Assembly (NCBI GenBank): GCA_963664195.1
Contig: OY760907.1
Location: forward strand, 1,760,001-1,824,000
DNA length: 64,000 nucleotides
Reading direction: 5' to 3'
Origin: an uncultured candidate division Zixibacteria bacterium
GTDB lineage: Bacteria; Zixibacteria; MSB-5A5; GN15; FEB-12
In this document: positions 20,987 through 29,361 of the stretch, piece by piece
Layout: every line of letters begins with the position of its first letter
Position numbering within the stretch: position 1 is the stretch's first letter
Position numbers and translations under genes: made by a program
Notes under the pieces: model-generated
Told to the model about the DNA's origin: nothing
Seen by the model: the letters and a program-made list of their open reading frames with translations, nothing else
Database searches by the model: none

Positions 20987-22134
20987 CAGTTGCTCTGCCC
21001 TCCGACCTGTGCAAGTCTGGCAATTGCCGGCATCCCCGGGCCAACCCCCTGTAGCGGCTCCATCACCAACGTGTCACCCTCGGCAATACCGCCGTCAACA
21101 ATCACCGTCTCCGTCTCGAAACGTGCGATCGACACTTCGCGGTACTCCAACTTGCCGTTCACGATCAGATAGACGAAGTTGTCTTCATAAAGCGCCCGCC
21201 GAGGTACCGCGATGCCGGTCTCGACTGATTGACCGGGAATGTGCGCCTCAAGGAACACGCCGTTAAGCAGAGCGATCTGACCAACGTTATCGACATCCAT
21301 GAAGACTTTCACCGTCTGCGTGCGGCTGTCAATATCACTGCCGATCCGCTTCACCTCGCCTGACCACGCGCCGGTCAACTCCGCCGAAGTGAATGTCACC
21401 CGGGTGCCGCGACGGATCCAGTCGACATCGCCGATCTGCACCGGTACGGAAACCTCGAGTTCTTCCAGATTGATAATCTGCCCAAGGTGCGTGCCCGCTC
21501 GCGCGGTCGACCCGGCCCGCAACGAGGCCGTAACAATTGAACCATCAAAAGGCGCGTAGAAATAATGCTTCTCAAGACGGATCTCCAGATCCTGTACCGC
21601 AAAATACAACTTGTAAACATTGAACCGGGAAAGGAACAGCTTGATCTTCGGATTGTCGGTCTCCGGAAGGTCGGTTAACTTGCGCCCGAACCCACAGGAA
21701 TCGAAATACTCCTGCCACACCGGAAACTCGTCCGGAAAGTCCAACTTGATCTCCGGAAGAACTGTCGCCAGCGCCGTCAATAGATCGCTCTTGGTGCTGT
21801 TCAGATCAAGTATCGCCTGCCGGTCATCGACACGAAGCAGCAGATCGCCCCTCTTGAACGACTGCGCCGGCTTAAACGGGATGTCGCCTTCCAGAATCGT
21901 CCCCTCGACTTCGCTGTAAAGCTCCACCGGCTGGGCACTCGTCACTCGACCGTAGGCAACAATGCTGGCTGGCACGGTCGACAGGTGGACAACTTCCGCT
22001 TCAACGCTCTTGGCACTTACCTCCGGTGCCTTTCGTGGAGGAGCGCTCTTCATGCTAAGCAAGCCGATCATCGCAAATGTGCCGACAGCCAGAACTCCGA
22101 CTGAAATGATTATCGTGGTGGAACGTTTCATCAA
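20986..22134 (-). CDS. RND periplasmic adaptor (MFP) subunit
   Basis: N-terminal TM, FKRGDLLLRVD, YAPFDG, AVPRRAL. Confidence 0.9.
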   Translation of the reverse strand: MMKRSTTIIISVGVLAVGTFAMIGLLSMKSAPPRKAPEVSAKSVEAEVVHLSTVPASIVAYGRVTSAQPVELYSEVEGTILEGDIPFKPAQSFKRGDLLLRVDDRQAILDLNSTKSDLLTALATVLPEIKLDFPDEFPVWQEYFDSCGFGRKLTDLPETDNPKIKLFLSRFNVYKLYFAVQDLEIRLEKHYFYAPFDGSIVTASLRAGSTARAGTHLGQIINLEELEVSVPVQIGDVDWIRRGTRVTFTSAELTGAWSGEVKRIGSDIDSRTQTVKVFMDVDNVGQIALLNGVFLEAHIPGQSVETGIAVPRRALYEDNFVYLIVNGKLEYREVSIARFETETVIVDGGIAEGDTLVMEPLQGVGPGMPAIARLAQVGGQSN

Positions 22135-22291
22135 GTAACCTTTCTTATCTCAATACCGCACACCTGCGGGAGTCGAATATCCTTCTGAGTAATACAATAC
22201 TTCTCACTGGACTGTTCTCTGCCATCTACAATTCCCGCGACTCTTATGAGGCCTGTAACACTCGTGCCTGCAAGACAGTTGTGCCTTTGAC

Positions 22292-22307
22292 AGTTGTTAG
22301 CGCAACT
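22292..22307. promoter_or_regulatory. Possible second MarR operator upstream of the MFP gene
   Basis: AGTTG-ttagcg-CAACT, same GTTG-N6/7-CAAC pattern as sites upstream of marR. Confidence 0.45.
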
Positions 22308-22333
22308 ATATTCCCGGATAATTCGGATTCGGC

Positions 22334-22777
22334 CTACTCGCCCATGTTTTCTCTCACTCTGCGGAGAACATCCTGACATATCGCAACCTCTTCCGAGTCG
22401 ATCCCGTTCAGGGCCGTATCGTGTATCTTCTGAAATACGACCAACAACGATTCGCAGAGCTGTTTGCCCTCGTTGGTAGCATAGATCATGTTCTGGCGAC
22501 GGTCTTCCTTTGAGGTCACCCGGAGCACCAGATTACGCTTCTCAAGAACATCTAACCACCTGGTAGTACTTGTCTTATCTCTCCCCAGAAAATCGGAGAT
22601 CATCTGTTGGTTGCTGCCGTCATGATGCCATAGATTGACCAGGACAATCGCCTGCTCAGCGCTCAGCTTGTGGCCGGCCCTGCCCAGTTCATGCCGAAGA
22701 CGATCCCGGATGCATTTGGCTGTGAAACCCACATGTTTGCCGAAAAATTCCTGATAGTCGCTTCTCTGTTCACCCAT
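22334..22777 (-). CDS. MarR family transcriptional regulator
   Basis: DKTSTTRWLDVLEKRNLVLR...EDRRQNMIYATNEG; heads efflux cluster. Confidence 0.92.
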   Translation of the reverse strand: MGEQRSDYQEFFGKHVGFTAKCIRDRLRHELGRAGHKLSAEQAIVLVNLWHHDGSNQQMISDFLGRDKTSTTRWLDVLEKRNLVLRVTSKEDRRQNMIYATNEGKQLCESLLVVFQKIHDTALNGIDSEEVAICQDVLRRVRENMGE

Positions 22778-22802
22778 TACTGAACTCCGAAAATCCTAGC
22801 AT

Positions 22803-22853
22803 CGTTGCAATTATCAACGGTTGCAAATGTAACTATAGCTCGGTTTTTGTCAA
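22803..22853 (-). promoter_or_regulatory. Sigma-70-like promoter overlapped by tandem palindromes (probable MarR operators)
   Basis: Minus-strand TTGACA (22853-22848)-16 nt-TACATT; CGTTG-N7-CAACG at 22803-22819 and GTTGCA-aa-TGTAAC at 22820-22833. Confidence 0.55.
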
Positions 22854-22920
22854 GCGTCATTTAGACATCAGGGAGTATCATTTTGTTCCGCCGGGGTGAT
22901 TGAGCCGAGTGGAATGATAA

Positions 22921-22948
22921 GGGCAGGACCGGCTAACCGGTCCTGCCC
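22921..22948 (-). terminator. Hairpin, probable terminator of cytochrome cluster
   Basis: Perfect 12-bp stem GGGCAGGACCGG-ctaa-CCGGTCCTGCCC; weak U tract. Confidence 0.6.
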
Positions 22949-22990
22949 TAAGAGCTTGCTGGAGTTTTTGTGCAATTCGAAAAGAGCGGC

Positions 22991-24496
22991 TTATTCCTTC
23001 ACGTAGTCCAGGAATTCGTCCCGAAGATACTTGTGCATCAGATAATCCCGCGACGACGTATCCGCTGGCTGCAAATACTCAAACGGCGTTTCGCTGTCAG
23101 ACGCCAGAATCGAATGACACAACGAGCAATCACTCGATATCGCCGTCCCACCTTCATCGACAAGATTCTGATTGTGACAGCGGAAACAGCCCTGATTCCC
23201 CACATGCCCGATATGACTCCGATACGTTCCCCAGGTGATGTTCATCTCCGGATGGACATTCCGGTTGTACACATTCTGCACAACAGCAACGGCCGAATCA
23301 ATTGCGCTTTGTTTCCCCAGGCTCACTTCTGCGAAGTGCTGTCGATAGAACTCGCCAAGGTGATAGGCGATTCCTTCCATCGCGGCATCACGGGTCGGGT
23401 AGTCCGCCATGACCGCAGCCAACGCCTCACGCTTGATAAACGGCAACGACCGATCTATCAACCCCTGCCTGATCCGCGTGTCAATTGCCACCTGCGGATT
23501 TTCGTAGACGTGCGTTGCGCGGTTGTGACAATCAACACAGTCCATTGTACGAGAGCTTGCTTCGGCCGCGGCCACGGAGGTCGCACGGCGATTCGTGAAT
23601 CGCTTGAAGCTGCCGTCTGGCAGAAGTGCCTCGACCCAGATCATCTCGCGGCGTTCGTCGTTGACCGACACATACCGAACTTGATTCTCTTTGGCGATAT
23701 GCCAGTGAATACCCCCCGCGGGTCCCTCCTCACCGCTCCACTCGCCAGCATCAACTTTCAGATTCAGATTGGTGTAGCGCGGGGTCGAGGCCGAGTCCTT
23801 TTCATAATGCACGATTGTCTTCAGCCGACTGCCATAGAACTTCTCCGGCCAGTGACACTTCTCGCAGGTTTCTCGCGCCGGTCGGAGCTGACGCACCGGC
23901 GTAGGGATCGGTCGCTCCAACAGGTCAAACGTCACGGACACCATTTGCCAGATGCCGTTTAACTTACTGTCAAGAAGCGCTCCGGCACCTTCGCCGACAT
24001 GACACTCGACACATTTCACGCGGGCATGCGAGGACTGTTGATACGTCACCCACTCGGGATTCATCACCGAATGACAGGCCGTGCCGCAGAATTCTGCCTC
24101 GTCCATGAAGCTCAACATCCGCGAACTCGCAGCACTCAGGAATAGTACGTTAAGCAGAGTGAGGGCCAGGATCGACATAGCGAATTTCGATCCCAGAAAA
24201 CCGCCCTTTGTCTGCTCCTCGCCGAACCGGCTGTCGATAAGCTCACGCGTACTCTTGCCGGTCTGTTTTTTGAGCCGCCGCCAGCCGATCGGGATGAGAA
24301 TCAACCCGAGCATAAACAACGAGGGAAACAGAAGGTACGTTATCAGTCCGACATAAGCGTTCTCAAGAATCCCCGTCAATCGAGCCAGCTCGAAAAACAC
24401 AAATGTGACAAACGAGGAGGTCACCAGCGCGACCCCCAGTTTTCCTATCGGATCAGCCGAGGCTCCGCGTACGAAATCGAAGTACTTCTTCAGCAC
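22991..24496 (-). CDS. Membrane-anchored NapC/NirT-family multiheme cytochrome c (six heme motifs)
   Basis: Three N-terminal TM segments; CGTACH, CVECH, CEKCH, CVDCH, CFRCH, CSLCH. Confidence 0.85.
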   Translation of the reverse strand: MLKKYFDFVRGASADPIGKLGVALVTSSFVTFVFFELARLTGILENAYVGLITYLLFPSLFMLGLILIPIGWRRLKKQTGKSTRELIDSRFGEEQTKGGFLGSKFAMSILALTLLNVLFLSAASSRMLSFMDEAEFCGTACHSVMNPEWVTYQQSSHARVKCVECHVGEGAGALLDSKLNGIWQMVSVTFDLLERPIPTPVRQLRPARETCEKCHWPEKFYGSRLKTIVHYEKDSASTPRYTNLNLKVDAGEWSGEEGPAGGIHWHIAKENQVRYVSVNDERREMIWVEALLPDGSFKRFTNRRATSVAAAEASSRTMDCVDCHNRATHVYENPQVAIDTRIRQGLIDRSLPFIKREALAAVMADYPTRDAAMEGIAYHLGEFYRQHFAEVSLGKQSAIDSAVAVVQNVYNRNVHPEMNITWGTYRSHIGHVGNQGCFRCHNQNLVDEGGTAISSDCSLCHSILASDSETPFEYLQPADTSSRDYLMHKYLRDEFLDYVKE

Positions 24497-24505
24497 GGGG
24501 CACTC

Positions 24506-25834
24506 CTATTCCGTTTTGAACAGTCTCTCGTACACCTTTTGCATATCACCGCTGCGGATACCCTCTTTGAGCTTGCCCGTCTCTTTGTGGAGCCAGGTAT
24601 GCATCGGGTCATTCTGCAGCAGGTCATCGATATACGCGTCAAGCTCTGCATTGTGGAACTCCCGCGCTTCTGGAATCATCTTGAAATAGAAATGCTGAGC
24701 AACCTCATAAATGCCATGCCACCAGGTGTAGTCCGGTCCCATCATGGCTGCGCCGTGACGGGCACGACGTCCCTCATGATGCCACAGTTCCCAGTACGTC
24801 CACTCGATCTTGTTGGAGAAGGAGGCCGGGTTTTCCAGCAGTTTGTTGTCGCGGATGATCTTCATCATCGCCGTGGCCGGCTTGGCAAACTTTTCGCCAT
24901 ACAGCCCCACCATTGCGTCCAGCTGGTAATAATGCCCGTCGGCAAACGACTGACCGTGGCAGTTCACACAAACCTTTACCATGTTTGCCCGTTTGACTTC
25001 CCAGTTGTCTTTCTTCTTTGAAACCGGCGGACGAAGTGTCCAGCTAATACGCTGACCGACATCGTGCGTGTTAGCCATCTCACTGGTAGCGGACATGTGA
25101 CAGGTCGCGCAGGTAGGGGCAGCGAAATAGTCTACACCCGCTATCCAGAGATCAGACTCCAGATTCATCTTCTCTTTGTTCGTGTAATAGGCGTTACCGT
25201 GTTTGGATTCCTCGTACACTTCTCTCTGCGGATGATCCGGTCCCAGGTGACACTTTGAGCAGGCCTCCGGCTGACGAGCCTGGCTCTTGGAGAACGCGTG
25301 CCGCGTGTGACAGGCGTTGCAGGAGCCTTTCGAGCCGTCGGGGTTCAGCCGTCCGATCCCGGAGTTCGGCCAGCTCTTCTTCGACAGCATGTTCGGAGAG
25401 TTCGGGTCTATCTGCACTTTGCCGCCGTGACAGCTTTCGCATCCCATAATCGCCACTGGTTCGCCACCGGCAACGTGCGCGAGGTACGCATCCTGGGAGT
25501 CCAGAATCTCACCCGCGTGCGCATGGTACGAAGCCTGGACTTCAGTCGCTTCCTTCTCGTGGCACCGACCGCAATCCTTGGGTGTCACCAGCGTGGCGAT
25601 CAAGCCCCCCTCGTGCATGAATGCATCGGCGTCACCCTTGTCAGCCTTGTGACAATCATAACACGTCACCTTGTGTGCAGCGTGACCAGACTGGTACCAC
25701 TGACGGTACAGCCCCGGAGATTTCTCTTTGTGGCAGGTCATGCACTTGCCTGCGACTTCAGGACTGTCTGTTGCGAAGGCCATGCTCCCCATAAGCATCG
25801 CGCTCGCGATTACGACCAAAAGGACTGTCTTCAT
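24506..25834 (-). CDS. Octaheme hydroxylamine-oxidoreductase-like (HAO family) cytochrome c
   Basis: Signal peptide; eight CxxCH (CMTCH, CYDCH, CGRCH, CESCH, CNACH, CSKCH, CATCH, CVNCH); CHLGPDHPQREVYEESKHG; HHEGRRARHGAAMMGPDYTWWHG. Confidence 0.88.
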   Translation of the reverse strand: MKTVLLVVIASAMLMGSMAFATDSPEVAGKCMTCHKEKSPGLYRQWYQSGHAAHKVTCYDCHKADKGDADAFMHEGGLIATLVTPKDCGRCHEKEATEVQASYHAHAGEILDSQDAYLAHVAGGEPVAIMGCESCHGGKVQIDPNSPNMLSKKSWPNSGIGRLNPDGSKGSCNACHTRHAFSKSQARQPEACSKCHLGPDHPQREVYEESKHGNAYYTNKEKMNLESDLWIAGVDYFAAPTCATCHMSATSEMANTHDVGQRISWTLRPPVSKKKDNWEVKRANMVKVCVNCHGQSFADGHYYQLDAMVGLYGEKFAKPATAMMKIIRDNKLLENPASFSNKIEWTYWELWHHEGRRARHGAAMMGPDYTWWHGIYEVAQHFYFKMIPEAREFHNAELDAYIDDLLQNDPMHTWLHKETGKLKEGIRSGDMQKVYERLFKTE

Positions 25835-25891
25835 AACAATACCCCACATATGATGGGCTTCCACCCTTAACTTGATATTCTGTCTTGCACC

Positions 25892-26056
25892 GTAGGTCGC
25901 AACTCAGCGCGGCGAACCGCCTGCAGTTTCGACATCAGTGGAATTCAAAAAACCCGCAATCAACATCGAGTAAACTCGTTGGTCGAAACTGATGCAACCG
26001 TGTTGCCACGCAGTTTCGACAGGAATCCTGTCAAAACCACAGGGGTTTTGACCTAC
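25892..26056. repeat. Cluster of REP-like palindromes bounded by GTAGGTC...GACCTAC
   Basis: Three GTC(G/A)xAAC...GTT(T)(C/T)GAC hairpins at 25896-25933, 25982-26020 and 26030-26052. Confidence 0.65.
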
Positions 26057-27324
26057 TAGAAATCTGCAATAAACATCGAGTAGGCCCAGAACCCGGCCTC
26101 CTTGTCATCCGTCCCCGCATAGGCCTCAGAGGGCAGGAACATAGACGCGCCGTATGCCATCTTCACGCCCTTGACCGAGGTTGTCGTAACTCCAAGGTCA
26201 AACTCAAGCCCCAATCCCTTGTCACCCTCGGCGTTTATTTCCTGCGCCGCTGAGAAACGATGCATGTCCAGATTGACCAGCCAATCGGTGAACGGGCTGT
26301 ATCTGAAACGAGCCATCAGATCCATCAAACCGTTGTCGTCGGAGTCGATGAAGTAATCCATGTACCCGCGGAACTTGTGCCCGGTATAATACAGATTGTC
26401 ATAAGCTTTGTACTTGTCGTCGTTCGGATCACTGTCACCGGAGGCAAAGTCGATTCCGGCAGCAATACGTCCCTTCTTATCAGGATTGAACATGTAGCCG
26501 ATTTCGGCCGTAGCAAGGAATGCCGCAATGTCCAGTTCGTCCGCAGTGGCGCCAACTCGCTGCTTGCCGGTCTGGAACACGCCGTTGAATTCCACGTCCG
26601 CCTGCCCGCTGACTCTCTTACCGTGGACACCGAAGCTGAGTCGTTTGAGTGCATCTATATTGGTGTAGACCAGCGACGGAGTGTCGGTGCTGGAGGTGTC
26701 CGCGACTTCGTCAGCATTGTGTTCAAAGAATCCGAAAACCTCGAATCCAAGCTCCCTCAGCGATAGCTGCGCGCCCCAGACATTGAAATCCCGGTTGCCA
26801 TTCGCGTCGTTCAATTCAATACGTTTGAGCGAAAACATGTCGATCCTGAACGACGGCTGATCGATCCAACTCATACCGCCTTCCCACGACCGCCCGACGT
26901 TGTGCCAGCCGACCGCACCGAAAACACGCTGGCTGCCGAGATTCAATTCAAACCGGCCGGCTTTCGCCCCCAGTCCGCTAATCCAGATACGATCCAACTG
27001 CACATAGGCCTGATGAAGATCAACATTTTTGCCATCATTCAGCCCCGCCGAGGCCGGGTCGCCGTCGTACGTGGTGCCTCCGATCATGCGGCTGTCCTGA
27101 AGTTGCACGAACGCATGCATGTTGTCGTCTTTGACGGCTTCAAAGCCTACGCGGGTACGAAGGTAGCTCGCTTCCAGGAACTTGGCCTCCGGACCAAAAC
27201 TCTTCTTGCTGAACTCGCCGCGATAACGGACCTGTCCGTTTATTTTGACTTCCGTGTCGGCCCATGCCGAGAGAGCGAATAGAAAAATCAATGCAATTGT
27301 CATTTTTGTCGTGAATGATCTCAT
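26056..27324 (-). CDS. Alginate-export-family outer-membrane beta-barrel
   Basis: Signal peptide; GQVRYRGE, LRTRVG, VQLQDSR, DLHQAYV, GAVGWHNVGRSWEG, LYYTGHKFRGYMDYF; terminal Phe. Confidence 0.82.
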   Translation of the reverse strand: MRSFTTKMTIALIFLFALSAWADTEVKINGQVRYRGEFSKKSFGPEAKFLEASYLRTRVGFEAVKDDNMHAFVQLQDSRMIGGTTYDGDPASAGLNDGKNVDLHQAYVQLDRIWISGLGAKAGRFELNLGSQRVFGAVGWHNVGRSWEGGMSWIDQPSFRIDMFSLKRIELNDANGNRDFNVWGAQLSLRELGFEVFGFFEHNADEVADTSSTDTPSLVYTNIDALKRLSFGVHGKRVSGQADVEFNGVFQTGKQRVGATADELDIAAFLATAEIGYMFNPDKKGRIAAGIDFASGDSDPNDDKYKAYDNLYYTGHKFRGYMDYFIDSDDNGLMDLMARFRYSPFTDWLVNLDMHRFSAAQEINAEGDKGLGLEFDLGVTTTSVKGVKMAYGASMFLPSEAYAGTDDKEAGFWAYSMFIADF

Positions 27325-27607
27325 TGTGAGTCCTTTCCCGTATCCGATTGCCGTAGAGTAGAGGCTGTTGTTCATTCGAAGGTATCCTTCCCTTACCGAA
27401 TATTCTCACCCGAGTCCGGGATATCAACTGTTAAAACCAACTCCGCGATGACAAATATCGGCATACGGCAGGAGACAAGAATTGACCCAGGTCAAAAACG
27501 CGGATGTTTGTCCTTTCCAGAAATCGTAAGGTACGCGATTTTCTTGTCATCCGGATGACTTCTCTGTATCTTCAGTGACTTGCCGTTGAAATACAGAAAG
27601 GGTGCTA

Positions 27608-28089
27608 TGAATTCGGCCAAGTCCATCCCAACTCTACCCGAAACGGGTAAAAACCTGACCCTTGAGCTGCTTATTATACTGGCTCTGGCGGTCATCGCAT
27701 TCGTGGCGGCAGGTCAGCTTGACCTGTTCGAGCGACTACACGGTTTTATGGAAGACCATGAGGATTGGGAACTCGACGAGTTGTTGATTCTCTCGCTGTA
27801 TTTCGTCGTTGCCGGGCTGGTGTTCTCGCTCAGGCGCTGGCGCGAGTCACAGCGCTTGTCTGTCGGACTTCGGAAAGAGACCGAGCGTCTTCAGGCCGCG
27901 CTCAATGAAGTAAAACTGCTCAGGGGTATCGTTCCTATCTGCGCCTGGTGCAAGAAAATCCGCGATGATCAGGGCTTCTGGCAGCAGGTTGATCAGTACG
28001 TTTCCGAACACAGCGAGGTGGAATTCACCCACGGTATGTGTCCCGAATGTGCTGCCCGCAAGATGGCCGAGCTGGATCGGGATCTGTAA
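27608..28089 (+). CDS. Membrane protein with C-terminal Cys/His zinc-ribbon-like domain
   Basis: Two TM segments, coiled coil, then LRGIVPICAWCKKIRDDQGFW...FTHGMCPEC; start uncertain. Confidence 0.75.
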
Positions 28090-28174
28090 TTCCAGACATT
28101 CTCAGATCGAAACTGCCATTGTTTCGACGTCATCACTAAAGTCCTTTCCCTGTCTATCCGACTTCTAGAAGTAC

Positions 28175-29173
28175 ATGGACAATGCACTGGCTTCGACCAT
28201 TCTTGACAATAGCCGCGGACTGTCAACTCTCCCTCAGACGTTGTCGGAGGTGCTCCGCGTGGCCCGAAGCGAGGGTTCATCGTCGGATGATCTGGCTCAG
28301 GTGTTGATGAAAGACTCAGCTCTGACGGCCGGCGTTCTTCGGACTGTGAACTCGGCGTTCTACGGTGCCGGTCGCTCCGTCAGCTCTGTCAAGCAGGCAG
28401 TTGTCACCATTGGTATGCAGCAGGTTATCGCGCTTGCCCTTTCTACTTCAGTCTACAGAATGACCACCGACTGGAACTCCACCATGGACCGCAAGCGCTT
28501 CTGGCGGCATTCTCTTGAGGTGGCTCTCGCAGCGAAAATGATTGCCGGCAAAGTCGGTTACCGGGGGGTAGAGGATGCCTTTGTCGCCGGGCTGCTTCAC
28601 GATATCGGCTTGCTCGTTCTTGAACAGACGTTTCCGGAGCAGTTTGAATCAATCTGGAACCGATCGAAAGTGCAGGGTGATCTTTCCACGCTGGAAATCC
28701 AGACCTGGGGCACCGATCATGCCCGGGTTGGCCAGTTCCTGATGGAACACTGGCAGCTTCCCGATCCCATTTGCGAGGCCGTCGGCAACCACCATTCGCT
28801 TCGAGTCGAGGAGGGCACCACCGCGTTCAGTCTTCTGAGCCGGATTATGTGCCTGGCTCAACTGATCTCCAAATTCGCCATTGCCTGGGACGAACCGGTC
28901 AATCCCGCGCAGCTTGTCGGCAAGGAATCTTTTCGGCTCAGTCTGGAAATCGCCCCCGACCAACTCCTGTCTATCGAAAAGGCGCTCCTTCACCAGACCA
29001 AAGAAGGTGCTGCCTACCTCGAAATGGACATAGGCTCTTCCGAAGATCTGATACATGAGGCCAACCGCATTCTCTTCCAGCAGTATCAGACGGTCGAAAA
29101 CCTCATGAATGAACTCCGTAAGCTGAATCCGCAGCTTGATCCTGAAGACCTTCTGGCCAATCTCCGCGCCTGA
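28175..29173 (+). CDS. HDOD domain signalling protein
   Basis: LSTLP, VLRTVNSAFYG, FWRHSLEVA, AGLLHDIG, DHARVG, EHWQLP. Confidence 0.9.
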   Translation: MDNALASTILDNSRGLSTLPQTLSEVLRVARSEGSSSDDLAQVLMKDSALTAGVLRTVNSAFYGAGRSVSSVKQAVVTIGMQQVIALALSTSVYRMTTDWNSTMDRKRFWRHSLEVALAAKMIAGKVGYRGVEDAFVAGLLHDIGLLVLEQTFPEQFESIWNRSKVQGDLSTLEIQTWGTDHARVGQFLMEHWQLPDPICEAVGNHHSLRVEEGTTAFSLLSRIMCLAQLISKFAIAWDEPVNPAQLVGKESFRLSLEIAPDQLLSIEKALLHQTKEGAAYLEMDIGSSEDLIHEANRILFQQYQTVENLMNELRKLNPQLDPEDLLANLRA

Positions 29174-29361
29174 ACGGTTGCCCCCTTCGACTATTGACAA
29201 CTCCAACATAAACCTTGCCAGCGTGACCGGTGACCTCTATCATGCCGGCAGAGCAATGTCCGTGATCTGCCTCATACGGTAAACGAAGCTCGGACACAGC
29301 GGGGATCGGCACACTGACTCCTCGGGGCAGATTCACACGGTCTACAGGGGGCTGTCATGCA

